Assembly: GCF_006345805.1 (NCBI RefSeq)
Contig: NC_043003.1
Coordinates: forward strand, 80,662,001-80,726,000
Length of the DNA: 64,000 bases
Source: Octopus sinensis
Lineage: Eukaryota
Direction: 5' to 3'
Shown: one piece after another, positions 38,706-53,793 of the stretch
Numbering within the stretch: the first letter of the stretch is position 1
Layout: every line of letters begins with the position of its first letter
Position numbers and translations under genes: made by a program
Notes under the pieces: generated by a model
What the model was told of the DNA's origin: nothing
The model's input: only the letters and a program-made list of their open reading frames with translations
The model's database searches: none

Positions 38706-38938
38706 GATAGGTTTGAATTGCTTACGGGCCACCTATAATATATGTTTATGTGTATGTATGTATGTATATATGTATGTATATATGTATGTATATATATATA
38801 TATAATATATATATATATCAGCCAAAGCGATGCTAGTCAGTAGCCACTGTCGCTTTTGTGATCTCGATTAATTTTGAATTTAGGTACTAATTGCTAAGAA
38901 GCAGAACATTTTTATTTGTTTATATATATATATGTATG

Positions 38939-38972
<34 letters not shown>

Positions 38973-41900
38973 TGTATGTATGTATGTATGCATATGTGTG
39001 TGTGTGTTTGTGTGTGTGTGTGTGACCGCGTTGTATCGTTAGCGATTTTTTCCTCCGTCTTCCCTTCCTTGGGTCTTTCCTTTTCTATATTTCTGACAAA
39101 GAGCTCCGGTCGAAACGTTAAATCCTCCTACTTTCTTTCCTTTCCCGACCGTCCAATAGCACTATACTTGTTCCACGTCCTCGCGTGTTGTGTTTTCTCT
39201 TCATGTTTTCATGTTTGAATTAACATATTAACTTTATATATATATATACACACATTCATACAAACATAATTTTGCGTCTTCTATCATCTTAATTAAGACG
39301 GATATATCTTTTCGTCTTCCATCGTAGACTTACGTAAGTTTTATAACTAATGTTTTTTTTTATCGTAAATGTATATCCTTTGCTTTTTTTTTTTTCATCG
39401 AAATGGAATGCACGCTGCAGCACTCTCTTGAGAATATTTTGTATTTGGAAGCAAATGTTTGCTGAATGTCATGTTGTGTATGATGTTCTTTTGTTAAACA
39501 TCCAGGGGTATTTTCGGATGACGAAGATTTGTTTGCAGTTTGCAAGAGCATTTTGACATGGGAAAACTGACATTTGGAACATCCCAGTTTGGTAATATTT
39601 CTAGTTCACATTCATGAAAAACACGATATTTAATGTAAAGTATTTTGTAAAGGTGTTTATTCAAACTCTTGTGTATCCATTTGCTAATTCTCATTAGACA
39701 TATTATGTTTCAAAAATCATCAAAATATGTTAATTTATATTGGTTTTCGCAGAGGAGGTTGAAATTAGGTGTGGTGGGGTGTGTAATGGGCCGAGTTGGA
39801 AATTCAGTGGTAAAATGGTGACTGGAAAGTGAGATAGAAGGATGAATAATGAGCTGAGCGTATGAAGGAGTGAAGATGGAGTTAGGTTTTAAAGGAGATA
39901 TATATAGAAGGAGCAACAAAATGAAGAACGGAATGAAGAGTGGGGGGAAATATGCTGAGGGAAAATATGTAGTGTGTGATTACGCAAATGTATAGCGCTA
40001 ACTGGGAAACAAAGTTGAACACATTGCATGCTCGAGTTTTCTACCAGAATTATGCTTAAAAATCATCACATATAGAAGTTTCACTATCAGCGTACAAGCA
40101 AATCCGCCTCCACCCCAGAAGAAAAGTGTGTATCATTATTTGAGTCTTCGGACCAATGACTTCTGTGAATCAATGACTTCATTTAAACTCACTATTACAG
40201 TATCCACAAATGAAATTATATGAAACGTTATGTATTCCAATTCTGCCTTAAATCTAGAGGTCGCTTCTGTTATTGCCAGCTTCTTTTGCTCGGTAATAAA
40301 ATACATGTTTTTCAAATAGAATTTGTCGCACGAAATATTTAATGATATTACAATTAAAACTCTCAGATCTAATTTCAAATAATAATAACAAACATGTTTA
40401 TGTTGAAACATTCTTGAAAATACCTGAGGTAGAGTATGGAAACATGTGCATTAAGAAATAAATGTAACGACTGAAATATTGAGTTAGAAGCAAAATAAGC
40501 CAGTAATGAAGTAAAGGACTTTGCACTTGTGCTAAAGTTTAAAGAACTAATATTTTTAGTTAGGATGCTGATGAAGAGGAGAGCACATTAATATACGAGT
40601 GTTGTTTGGTAAATGGCTTTCTGGAAAACTTTGAACTATTAGTTTGTACCAATATAACTTAATAGTTTTTTGTTTGTATTAATTCAAAGTGACGGCATTT
40701 ATTGAATATTTCTGATCTTCAATAGATATCGTCTCATTTAAACTGTCAGCAGATTTATTGATGCTCATTACCATGAAGTCCACCTCATCTGTGCATAAAC
40801 CATACATAATTGTTCTATTTCCCTATAATTCACAACTTCTTTGATCTTCTGTTTTGTGTCGTAAGCAGTAACATGTTCTTTCACTGTCAATAAATAATTT
40901 GATAGTTAAGTTACGTTCCTCTTATCTACTTTATGAAGAAAATACTATGGATGAGATATTATTACTTAAATTTACGTTCCACTATTTTGGTATTGTGTTT
41001 ATATACAATCGAAATATTTGCTCTGTTGCACATAATCAGTGTCTCGCGGATGATTGTTCATTGTTGCATGGCCAACGAATAAGTCATAGATTTATGTTTT
41101 TCTGCATGATTCCTTTGCTTCAGTTGTTTAATTACTTGTAATTAAATTCTTCATATCGTCAATACAAATACAGCCCAAATTGAAGGCATTTCTGTCGAAT
41201 AAATTTCAATAACGGGGAATTAATGCGAATTTTTTTGTTTAAGGCTACAGAATATTTTAGTATTTTAGACATAATTTTTAAAGAAAAGGGATGCACAGCC
41301 AAATACCTTGGCGTCTATTCCTATTAGCTTGTAGCGGATATTCAGGGATATATTATAAGCTCATTAGCATGGCGACATTTTTTGATTTGTTTTATGGTGC
41401 CGTTGTTGATTGGTTATTGAATGATTGATTATTTTCCCACTGTATTGTTGTTTATGTTCTCAACCTATATTTTGTCCTGAGGACTTTGTAAATTCAGAGG
41501 AGAAACAGTAATGGTTTTTGATATCTTGGAGCAACTTTCTGCAATTTAAGTTCTAATCAAGCTATTGCCTTTATATTTCCGAGTGAATTATATAAATTAT
41601 TAGCCTAGAGTGGTGTGGAAGAGCAATATTATTCCGTCTCTTATTGCGCTCTACATTTTCTTTCCTCGCGCGGTTAACGCCACGGCCTAGACATTGATTG
41701 TCCTTAGTGGACGTCAGTCTCTTGCGCATATTCAGAATAGTTCCTTAATTTGAGGAAAACGTCCCTTGCTGGTGTCACTGTGCTCTGACAAAATTGAAAG
41801 TCTTAACACTTGCCATTTTACCCCTAAATATATTTACGAACTCTAGTTAATGATAGTTAATATTATCAGGTCATACTTATAGAGAATATTTTATTACGTT

Positions 41901-42359
41901 TATGTTAATTGTATCTAGCATACTGAGTTGGCGAGCTGCGTTGTAACCAGTTGGAATGTATCCATCCAAGTTTAATTTTGTGATTAAAAAAATTCATTGT
42001 AGGTGTATCTATCATAGTTACATCTGTAAGACTTGTTTGTGCTGTGAAGTGATCCGATGTGGCGTCAAAAGAAATAGCAGGGTGAGATTGTCTTTTAAAC
42101 ACAAGTAGAATTCGAATAACAACAAGGGAAGTTTTCCTACTGTGAATGATATCTGTGTTGTCAACCAACTTCGCAAATTTTATGGAGCAAAAGAGAAACT
42201 ATTTATAGATGGAAAGAGAATGAAAGATAGAGAGAAAGAGAATGAGAGAGAAAGACATTAGAAAAGAGGGAGGGAAGTACAAAAATCACGCTGAGTAAAA
42301 TGTAATCAACATTTTGAAACATGAAATTCATCACAATATATTTGAACAATACGGAAATT

Positions 42360-43550
42360 TTATTCATCAGAGTGAGTATCATTACAATCAACACAATTTT
42401 ACCAACGAGTTACAAGTTTATTAATTCCGTTAACATAAAAATCTGGAGTTCTAGAGCTGATGCACTCTTTGAACATACTTTCAGCATTGGTTTGAATTTT
42501 GAAATTGATAAAAGGTAGTCGGTAGGGGAAACGTCTGGAGAATATGCTGGGTGGCGAAGAACTTCGTAGCCAAGTTCCCTCAACTTCTATAGCGCCATTA
42601 GTGAAACGTGTGGGTGAATATTGTCATGAAGAATGATCGGACCTATTCTGTTGACCAGTATGTAACGGATGAGCATCGGATTTTCGTTCCTATTTGCAAT
42701 TTCATGGCAATCTGTTACTGCAGTAATGATTTTTCCGGGTTTCAAGAAGTTATAGTCGATGAGCCCAGCAGTACACCACCAAACAGTTACCATAACATTT
42801 TTGAAGAGCTGGTTTTGGTTCCATCACAGTGAAGAAGTGTTTTTTTTAATATTGTACAGAATCCACTTTTCATAGCAAGTTATAATAGGATCAAGAAATG
42901 GATCGGTCTTGTTACGGGGAAGAAACGAGGAACAAATTTCATATCTACACTTTTTCTGATTGTGATTAAATTCGTTTGCACCCATTTGTCGAGCTTTTTT
43001 GATTTTCTGATAGCATGCAAATGGTTGCAGGCAGTTTTCTGGCTAATTTGAAGTTCTTTTGTCAGTATTCGTGCAGTTTTATGTGGATCTTTCTCAAAGA
43101 CGGTATTTAATTCGCCGTACGTTAGCACGCCGGGCGAAATGCTTAGCGGTATTTCGTCTGCCGTTACGTTGTGAGTTCAAATTCTGCCGAGGTCGACTTT
43201 GCCTTTCATCCTTTCGGGGTCGATAAATGAATTACCAGTTACGCACTGGGATCAATGTAATCGACTTAATACCTATGTCTGTCCTTGTTTGTCCCCTCTG
43301 TGGGTAATAAAGAAAATAGGTATTTAATTGGCCGTCATCGATGATAGATGGGCGTTCACTACGCTCCCAAACTTCATGGCGCTTGTCTCCACTGCGAAAT
43401 CGTTTAAATCATTTTCGAGCTGACCACTCACTGGTCATTTCCTCACCAAAAGTTTCGTTGATATCGCAGGCAGTGTCAGCTACTTTACATCCTCTTTTGA
43501 AGTTGAGTAGCAAAATTACACGAATATCGCGCTTTGAAAGTTCCATTCCA
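42360..43550 (-). mobile_element. Mariner (DD34D-type) transposase pseudogene interrupted by a SINE
   Basis: MELSKRDIRVILLLNFKRG..FKRFRSG (5' part), SKKLDKWV, VMVTVWWCTAG, IILHDNIHPH, HPAYSPDVSPTDY, GINKLVTRW. Confidence 0.88.
43119..43318 (+). mobile_element. SINE family B, 5'-truncated, with 17-bp TSD
   Basis: Flanked by GGTATTTAATTCGCCGT (43102-43118) and GGTATTTAATTGGCCGT (43319-43335). Confidence 0.92.
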
Positions 43551-43911
43551 TTATAACAACGGTGGAAGGAATAATAATGTTAATTTATTGATACATTTGG
43601 ACAAGTATAAGTCTATATTATCAGTCAATTGCAAAACAACGTTTAAAAATTTGAAAACTCTGCAAAAATCCGGTACAAATAATTCTTCATTGTTCAAAAC
43701 GTTGCCATGATAGATCGGTAGCCACTACACGCATTTTTTCTCTCCTTGTTTCTCTCCTTGTTTTCTTCTGTGTCCCGTTCTGTAGAAGAGCGCAGGCTCG
43801 AAACATAAAAGACTTTTACAATTTCCTGAGCGTTATACTAATACATCTGTTTGTTTTATACACCCCCTGTCTTCGTCTTTTGTTTTTTTCGTGAACTCTT
43901 TCCCCCTATAT

Positions 43912-43945
<34 letters not shown>

Positions 43946-43970
43946 ATATATATATATATATAATATATAT

Positions 43971-44001
<31 letters not shown>

Positions 44002-44884
44002 GCAAGGCTGGTGTAGGCATTGATTCCAAGCTGTACCAGTTGAATTCGGCGGAGTTTCCCTTGAGTAGACATCGGTGACGCGATGAGAGAAAACTTGCAT
44101 GTATAAGTAACTGCAAATACTACTTAAAATGTAGATTAGGCCTTCGCATAAATGACCGCATGGATGGTTATCATAGATCAACAAAGGCATTATATTCTTA
44201 TGCGCCCATACATGAGTTGAAATATATTTGTTTGTCCTTAATTCCAAAGCCACTTTTAGAGCATATTGCACCTTTGGCTACTTATTTTGCCGAGGCTTAG
44301 ACAAATCATGTTCCGAGATCCATTCAACAATTGTAAAATTAAAAATATGAAATCACAATTCATTAACTAAACAACAAAGCATTTACTTATAGAATTGAAA
44401 TACGTACATACACACTTCCCAGATCTCTATTAATCATTCTGTAGCAATCTCTAATAAAGAAAACTTGGCCAAAAGTATATCGAACAATAGATGTCTATAA
44501 AATCCGAAAGTAATTTAGATCCGCGGTTGCTTTTCGGTTAGGTTAGTCAATGTAATAATTACGAAAATTTCGAAAACAATCCTGACAATATTTCAAATAT
44601 TTTTTAGAATGAAGAATAGCACATCTTTAGTACACGATCACACCATACAAAACCATACAGGTGTTTCTATTGTGTAAGCATTTGGGGATAGATTAATTTA
44701 CTGTTACAATACAGTAAGCGGTCCATATTTCAGTGCTTTCGATATCAGATGTATCCAAATATTAATACTAATATAATTTTACAAGCCAACCCAGTCTCGA
44801 AGAAATCAAACAACATGTGAAATCTTAGCATCAATACAGAGAACGGCAACGATGAAATAAAAGGAGAGGGAAGGTAGAAAGGAG

Positions 44885-44924
<40 letters not shown>

Positions 44925-45578
44925 ACACACACACATACATATATATATAAACCCCTCATCTCTGTCTGTCAAACATCGTAGGCTTGAAACGTCAAAGCGT
45001 TGACATATACACCTGCTTGTTGTTACCTCACCTGTGTGAGTTTTATTTGCTGTATATTTGAACCATATATTAAATATATATGTGTGTTTGTGTATGTGTG
45101 TGAATGTGTGTGTGAGAGAGTGTGTTCGTATCTGTGTATGTGTCTGAGTGTGTGCGTGTAAATATGTCTATGTGCGTGTGAGTATGTATGTGTGTGGATG
45201 TGTGTGCGCGTGTGTGTATGTTTGTGTAAGCGTGTATACCTTTGTATGAGTGTGTGTGCGTGCGTGCATGTGTAGTGAGGATGCAGTATCGGAGAATTAA
45301 GAACATTTCTTTTCAACTATGTAATATGTATAGAAACAGATCCATTTTATTGTCTAACTAATTCAAAAGTTACGACATTGCTACAGACTGTGTCACTCTA
45401 AGTATGTGCGTGAATTAATCAGCTGAGAATGTCTGCGGAATGCTCAGACATTTACATATTAATTCAAGAGCAGTTCACTAAGTTGATCGAGCATAATCCG
45501 CCATGTTGAACGACGGAGATCCGCCATATACAAACATAATCAGTCTTTGTCTTGTGACCAAGGTTAATGATATATATT

Positions 45579-45640
<62 letters not shown>

Positions 45641-47564
45641 CCTCCACTTCCAAATTTAGCCGGACAGAATATGACGCCAGTGTTATAACAAGTTAGATCT
45701 TGACAAACACAATGAAATAACAGACTTCATAAATCAAATATACCGCAATATTATTGCGTATGTGTTTGTCTTTCGTATAACAGAACAGCAAGACAGTAGA
45801 TCAAATATAAAATTAAAGAAATCACTAGAGGATATCATTTGTGTGCAGACACGTTGGAGAAACTTGAAAGTGGATTAAGCACGAAAGATAAAAGCATCAG
45901 TGACCAATCTATGCTATTGTAGACGGCAATGCAGGAACAACAATAACGAATATTGAAGTGAAATCAGATGGCACAAATCCCCTCACAAATTACTTACATA
46001 TGACTCAATTCTAAACATTCTGTATTAAATAACCAAATCCGGACACAAACACTGTCACTAATGAACACAACGTTGCCTTTCCAGCTACTTATTCCCAAAT
46101 TACAATACCGAAATACCAGCCGATCTATGTGAAAACAAACAAATGAATCCTCCGCTAAAAATATCTGGCGACCAAATGTCTATCGCAAAATAATGCTTCC
46201 AACTGTAAACTTAGTGACAAAATATAAAAATCTCTCCCGCTAAGTGTGATTCTATACTAATTGATAGGGACTCATCAGCTGCAATTAATCTCATAGTATA
46301 ACCACACTCTATTAATATGAAATAAATAATATCCGAAATGGTGACTTTACATCGGTTTTCATAAAGAAGAGAACGTTAAGTAAAAGTAAATGCTTCCTCA
46401 TTAAAAACAAAACTGAAGCAAGGATGCATTTTACACAATTTATTCTTATTAAACTTTGGTTAATAAAGAAATGTGACATTTATATCTAATCAATACAATA
46501 ATGAATAAGACTAAGAAAAACGTATTGCCAAACAAATTTGCGAAGACTCAGTATCTTCTGAGATAACCAGCTGAGACGTTTACCAAATAGAAACAACTGG
46601 ACCCTTGCAGGACGTCACTACGAATGAAGATAATGCCGTAAAGGTTTCGTTCAAAATATTGCAATTGAACATGAGAATGAACGACATAAGGAATGACAAG
46701 ATTGTACTTGCGTGAAATGATTGGGCATAGAGTGGTGAGTGCAGAGCTGGGAGGTGGAATGAGGCAAGAGTGAAAAAAGGTGAATAGACAAATGGGACGA
46801 AGGAGTGTTTAAGTAGTGGAGATATGAGAAGCTACGAATGCTGTAGTCGGCGAGGACAAATGGCTTCAGAAAGGAATGAAGTGAGATATATGTTCTCAAT
46901 GCAGGAGGAAATATAGTCAAACAATTGCTAGTGATTTGAAGAGTTTAGGTGATTAATATAGGGAGTAGATGCATTTGAGGGATTATGTGAAGTAGCAACT
47001 GTCAGTCGTTGCTGAAATGCAGAAGTGGACAGACACAGTAGCTGGTGTTGACTATGCGAAGACACCATCTTTTGTAGAGAAATTTGCCGAGTGAGTGCAT
47101 CTTACATAACAATGATAGACGGTGGAAAGACGACATGGGGTTTCGTGTAAGAGGTGCTGTGTGAAACCTTGGCAACCTAAGAAAGGGGAGAGAGAATTAG
47201 CCAAGTGGTTTCGATGAACCTCCTACCATGGAGGAAACAGTAGATGGTAACTGTGCGTGGAAAGATCACAGATTTAGTCCGAAAGTTTACAACGGAAAGA
47301 CCTGGCGTCGTATTGTGCCAATCACGCAAACGATGGGGTGGGGGAATGTCTCTACCTTATAGATTGGAGCCACATTAATGTTAAGCCACAGGAAATTAAC
47401 AGAGTAAAAATTTTTTTAATGAAAAGAAGCAAAAGCATGAAGAACAACTTATACCACACTAGTAGTGATGCTAGCAACAGTAGTGATAATAACCATGGTT
47501 GCTGTGGCAATAGCAATTATAAAAGTAGAAGGCAGATTAGGTGTTATAGATGACTGTGGGTGTA

Positions 47565-47960
47565 TTCTTTTCCACTCTAGGCACAAAACCCCAATTTTTT
47601 TTTGGGGGGGGGGGCACCAGTCGATTAAATCGATCCCAACTACGCAACTGGTACTTAATTTATTCACCCCGAAAGGATGAAAGTCAAAGTCGACCTGGGC
47701 GGAATTTAAACTCAGAACTTAAAGACAGATGAAATACCTATTTCTTTACTACCCACAAGGAGCTAAACACAGAAGGGACAAACAAGAAAAGACAAACGGA
47801 TTAAGTCGATTACATCGACCCCAGTGCGTAAATGGTACTTATTTAATCTATCCCGAAAGGATGAAAGGCAAAGTCGACCTCGGCGGAATTTGAACTCAGA
47901 ACGTAACGGCAGACGAAATACGTCTATGCATTTCGCCCGGCGTGCTAACAGTCAGCTCGT
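47565..47960 (-). mobile_element. Two nested or tandem SINE family B copies
   Basis: Two GTCGACTTTG(C/A)CTTTCATCCTTTCGGG domains, joined at 47731-47739. Confidence 0.88.
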
Positions 47961-50900
47961 CGACTACCTGTCTGTTGGCGTAATGTCAGTTGTTAAAGTA
48001 GATCCGAGGTCATTGCTCCTTTCTTTTTTAACTGTTGTCGTTATCGTTCTTGACATTCTTGTTTTTACTCAGGTTTTTGTTGTTTTTTTTCTTCGCTGTT
48101 GCTGTTCGTCGTTATCAGTTGAAAATGAAGCAATAGAATATTAAATGGAAAATTTGTGTACATTTTATTCTTTTCTCGTTGTTGGGAAAGCCGTTGTTTT
48201 TATCAAACATCAGAGGATTATTAAGTAGAATACTAGCTTAATCTGTTTTGTTTTTTTTTGTTTTTTGTTTGCTGGCATTGCTATCGTAGTTGTGGTAGAA
48301 GAATACTAGAGAAAATGTTTGATTTTAATCTCGGATTTTGTTGTTCGGATTTTGTGTCAACGCTGATGCAGTTGGTAAATGTTGACGCTGCTGTTATTGG
48401 TGTTGCCCATCAAGAATTAGTGACGATACTGCTCCTCTTTAGTCTACTTTAGTGAATTTTGGTAACAAAATATGGAAATATGAATATGCTAAAAGCAGTC
48501 AAGTACATACTCTATTTTACTTCACTAGTGGAGAAGGTGAAATTGCAAGCAACTTTTATACATTTAGGACTACGATCTCCATATGCATTATCGTGTGAGA
48601 TGAGGAACAACAGCTGTTGGGCAGTAACTGTCGTCTACCTGTCTGTTTCTTTTATGGCCATGAACGGAACGGCCGCGTTTAGAAATACATCGGATACTGG
48701 AAGAAGTGCAAAATGTCCAGACTGATATACCACAACCTACACGGTTCATTAGTATGCGTAGATGAGTGCAGGATAGCTCTCAGACAAAAGCAACGTATAA
48801 ATGTTTTATAAGAACTTTCAAAAGGATATTGAAATTGAACGGACTCTAATTACACTTCATCAGCTAAAAGAAATCTTATACAAGGCATCGACTAATGTAT
48901 CCCACGTGGCTAGCTTTCAGTCCTGACGATAAATATTGAAGTCGATTAAATGGCATTCGCATTAATTGGCAATCCTTGACAACAATCCATGAGTGATTGC
49001 TACAAGTGAGAATCATTTTCGGCCTGGGTTTTCGATTGCAACAGGCTTTGTGTTATTTTATCAAAGATATAAATCAATTAAACCATTTTCAAATATTCAT
49101 TGATGAAATATACTTGATTTGTTTAGCAAAATTCAAACGCAACGAATCTAAATTTTAAGATAATTTTGATTATAATTTTTTAAAAATGGTACACTTATAA
49201 CAATAAAATAGATCACTTACCATCTTATATCAGCGATTGTGCAGTATAGTTGCTTATCCAGTATTGTTCGACGTCTTTCTTTATAAAGGAGAATATGGAA
49301 GTATGGCAAATCGTCTTCCCACGAATCATTTCTGCAAGAGCCGTCTTGATCGAAGAAATTGAAGAAATTTTGATTGAAGAAATGCATTCGCTGTCAAATG
49401 GTTTTCAAGCAAGAAATTTGAATCTTTCACGAACTGGAAAGTTAATAAAAAGGTCAATTCTGTGCAAAGAGTAACGCGTTGTCATTTCTGCGAAAGAGAA
49501 AAAACCTATTTCTTCAAAAGTATTTCAACGTCGTCAGTTTGTTACAAATAAGAATTGGGTTAGATAATAAGAAATGTGAAACTGAAATGGATGGTGATAT
49601 GATACAATCAAGAAATGATGCACCCCAAACTAACAGGATTCATTAATTGGTAAGCATTGTTAATTTAGATACTTGATATGTTGATGAAGCGCCTGGAAAG
49701 CAGCTGAAAGAAAAACAAATTCTATAATATATTTCTCTAAAAATCTGTACTAATAACCCCCCAGGAATGTTTTCAAAATCTTGCACCTAATTACAATAAT
49801 ATGTCATGGCATTACAAAGGTTAAACAAATATAACAACTTCTCTCTATGTTATTCAATGGGAGAAATAATTTTGGCAATGAATATATACTGATAGGAGAA
49901 AATCACCTTGAAGTAAAAAAAAAAACGTAGTAAATTCTATAAACCACCCTTTAACGTATCGGATTTGTATGGATTGTGTTTGGAAAATTTTAAGCAAAAA
50001 TCCCACATTTGACGAGCAAAATGATCAGTTGCAACTAGTGCGATGAGAGCGTTAACGGAGTGATATCTAAGAAGCCATTTACATTGATTGCCGCCAGCTC
50101 CTTGTATCTGTTGTATTTTAATAATGTTTTTTTATAAACCCAGATCAACAGGTATCCTAATTTCCTATGAAAAATATCAAGCAACTGGATGTTTGCCAGT
50201 TAATAAATCCTGTTAGTTTTGGGCGCATTATTTCTCAATTTTATCATGTCCCTATCCATCTCAGTTTCATATTTCTTATTATCTGGCCCAGTTGTCTTTG
50301 GCAAGAACGGCTCATTAAGCAACTAGATTTTGGGCTCAATGAAATTCATGAAAGTAACGTTTCGCGCTTGACATCTGAAAATCTTTAGACCGTGTCAGGT
50401 TTGCAAATCTTTTATTGAAACTTCTACCTATATGTTCCACCTACATCGTATCTCTTGGATTGGTCAGATCGCATTATTGCCGCATTAATTGAAGGATATA
50501 TGTCTGTCCCTTATACTATTAACTCTGACTTGCAAAACGGTTCGTTTTCAACCCTCATTCACTTACTTATGAACTGTAATGTCTTACTTGCGACTAGACC
50601 CAACAATATGCCTCCACATGTAGATGATGACATCTGTCATTTCTTCCGAATATTCTCCAACCGTGCATTTCACATTACCTCATACATATGCACTGGTATC
50701 AACAAGCTCACGTTCACATAAGTTCTCTACTTTCCTGACTACAAATATACCCGTGGTATAAACACACAGAGATACACATATATAAGCATGTATACAAATA
50801 ATTTTGTTTATATAGTGTCAGAAAGCTCCATAATTTAAATGAGTGACACATATTCTCAAGCAAAAATATGCAATATTGGCATCCCTTCAGTATTTTCATT

Positions 50901-53748
50901 GAAAGACACACACAAATATGAAAGGTGGCCATTGTTAATGAAATTTTACTAATGGTGAATAACTTAGCTTGTTTTTCAGTTACGGTCGTATGGCAAACCC
51001 ATTGCATGGCAAATGAATTAGTTTTTCCAGCTACTTGTTTGAAATTATTCAGTGAATATCGATAGAAATACTGGCGAGAGTTCACCAAATTTGATCTCAT
51101 GTTCAAATTTGCAAAATGCTTTAATAGGATGTCATACGTTGGTGAGAAGAGAAACTATTCATTTTCGGCTAACATTTCCACTCAAAAGCAGCTGATGAGA
51201 AGGTTTTTATGAACGCGTTCAAAGAATTGGTTTAATGGTAGCAATAGTAGCAATAGATAAAATTCTAGTTACACTAAAGTTCTGCGATATAACATCAACT
51301 GCATGTTCACTATTTCGAGCCCATATATTAAATATAAGGTGGAATTTCACTATCTTTGCGTAAGATCTAATCATTCACCAATAAACCATCGAAACCTTGT
51401 TAAAAATATTAATACGCATCTGTCTAAATTATAATTTCTAACAATTTTTTAAAACTATGCTGCAGAGTATTTGAATCCCACGTTATAAAATAAAGAATTT
51501 AAAGACAATACATTTCATAAGGCGGTATTAATACTCATAAAAATATTATTTTTGATGGGGATATTATATCGTATAAACCTCCATATAGTTTAAATATTCT
51601 ACCATAGTTGCCTGGAATAACCTAACCATTATAAATATATATTTCGATGAAGTCAATAAATATTAAAACTTTAATGGAAATAGTATTAAAACCAGATAGA
51701 TTTCCTCCTCAAAACATGCTATTCCATTGCCGGTATGAAAAGAAATCATTGAAGTAATAATATGCAAAACGTATCTCGTGTAAATGCAACAACCTATAAA
51801 GCTACTATATAAATGCAACGTATCATTCTTCAAAGAATTAGGTTGGTGAGCTAATTTCTCACTAGCAAACATCAACGTAACAAAAAGTTATATCGATTGA
51901 ACTTAAGATTTCTTTCACTGATTTTCCTACAATATCTATATATTAAAATCACACAAAAACGATGACCAACATGAATTTTTTAAAATACAGCTGGAATTCA
52001 AGACATACCATGTGGCATAAAATCTGTTGGTACATCACACAATATGAATATCCTTACGTAAACTGATCCCGACAAGGTGATATTTTTCCCACAAAGAAGT
52101 ATAAAATTCTATTAGTATTTTGCTTCTTTGTTACAATACTGAATAAATGATAGGAATTAGTGAACTACCGTGGAAAATAACAACGATGATTATTCCGTAA
52201 TTTCCAACTGCAAGCTAGTTAAAATTTCATTTGTCATGGAATTCATTTTCCATGCACAGCAATATAGTAATATTTTGAAAAAAAATCATTAAGAATAACC
52301 TTCTGTGTATTTCAGATATGATATTGAAAAAAAAAGTGAACAATACGTGCATGAGTGCTGTGTATGATGATTGAATATATAATGCAGGTTCTAACTTAGG
52401 GACGAACGAATGCAATCTTTTGAAATCCTTTGCTTATATGTTATCACACTGCTCCATTTTCCACATTCGAGTATTTATATAATGAGTTACAGCAAATTTA
52501 GAGTTAGGATTAAAAGTTCCAGCTTCAAAGGAAATCTGAAAATTCTACACGTCAAGTGTTTTTCTTCATTTGTGTACATACGTGTTTAACAATCAATCCC
52601 TAAACAGATGATTTGATAAAATTGCTTTTTATATTTATTTTAGTGAAAATATGTTGGGCTAATATTTTTGAAATGATGTCACTTTCTTCATATTTGATAT
52701 ATTTTAAGCTTCTCTGGTAGAATCGTTTAACCTTCAAATTGCAACAATAATTTGTGTTAAATGAAATTTGCTCAAATCCATCTTTGATATGTATCAGATT
52801 ATACCTTACCCACACGCACATATATGTATGTACGTATTTGTGTATGTGAGTGTCTGTGCATAATGGTTATTATTCTTACAAAACAAAAATACTAGACTTA
52901 TAACATTTTTATAAAAACGAGGCTGGCTTTCAACTAATGGTTGACGTAGAATACAGAGGGATTGCAGAAATTTATGTAAATCGGTATGGGTAATAAGCAA
53001 AAGGAGTTTTAAAAATAGAGATTTAAAATCATTCTATCCAGCATCTGCAATAATTCAAATGGTTGGCTTTAATTTGACAAGATACAATACATATTTACAG
53101 TATTGAAACTGAAGTTGAGAGGAAAGCGCGTGCTCCATATATTTATAGAGTCACAGAAGAGATGGCTAGGCACTGAAAGAAAGAACGAAAAAAAAACAGT
53201 GAAGAAGGTGTAGTGATTTAAGGCTACAGAGAGATAACAAGAAATAGAGACATATTGCGATAATTGAGTGTCGAAAAGAGAGAGATATAAATAAAAGGCC
53301 TCAGAGAGAAAGGAAATTGACAGAGAGATGAAAGGAAAGGAAAGGAAAGGAAAGGAAAGAGGGTAAAGTGAGCATTGTTGAAATTAATTATATATAATAA
53401 ATGACGTTCGATGTTGTATAGTGAGATGCATAATTAACCTAGAATACAAACATCTTTATAGTAATCTACCTGTTAAACAGACGGAGCTATCACTTTTAGA
53501 GTAAGTTCTAATCGTTGACAGCACAGTCATAATTATATATTCCGGTGTAAAACTGTCACCTGGGAGTAAAGTGAAAAATAAATGCTACTTCATTTGAATA
53601 CTACATCTACAATGTAATTAGTAATCATCTTATATAATAATGAGGAAGGCGTGGATATAAGAAAATATACCGAAAATTATTCATTCGTATACGCCTCTTC
53701 CTTATGGAATTTTGGCCTTTTGCCACTTAAAAAATCGATATATATATG

Positions 53749-53790
<42 letters not shown>

Positions 53791-53793
<3 letters not shown>

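Noticed and set aside
42003-42081. Possible plus-strand Cys-rich exon (AG..GTGAGA)
   Set aside because: Isolated, unrecognised peptide with no partner exons, and such boundaries are common by chance.
46230-46285. CTGATGAGTCCC on the minus strand as a hammerhead
   Set aside because: The second strand of stem II, the GAAA and stem I do not match well enough.
46640-47330. Purine-rich stretch possibly from a CR1/Jockey-type LINE (minus strand)
   Set aside because: Only a faint FPRT-like motif, and the motif order is inconsistent. Not supportable by eye.
50714-51106. 130-aa minus-strand ORF and similar 100-135 aa ORFs at 32076, 40136, 41905
   Set aside because: No recognisable domain, and lengths are unremarkable for a 64-kb six-frame scan.
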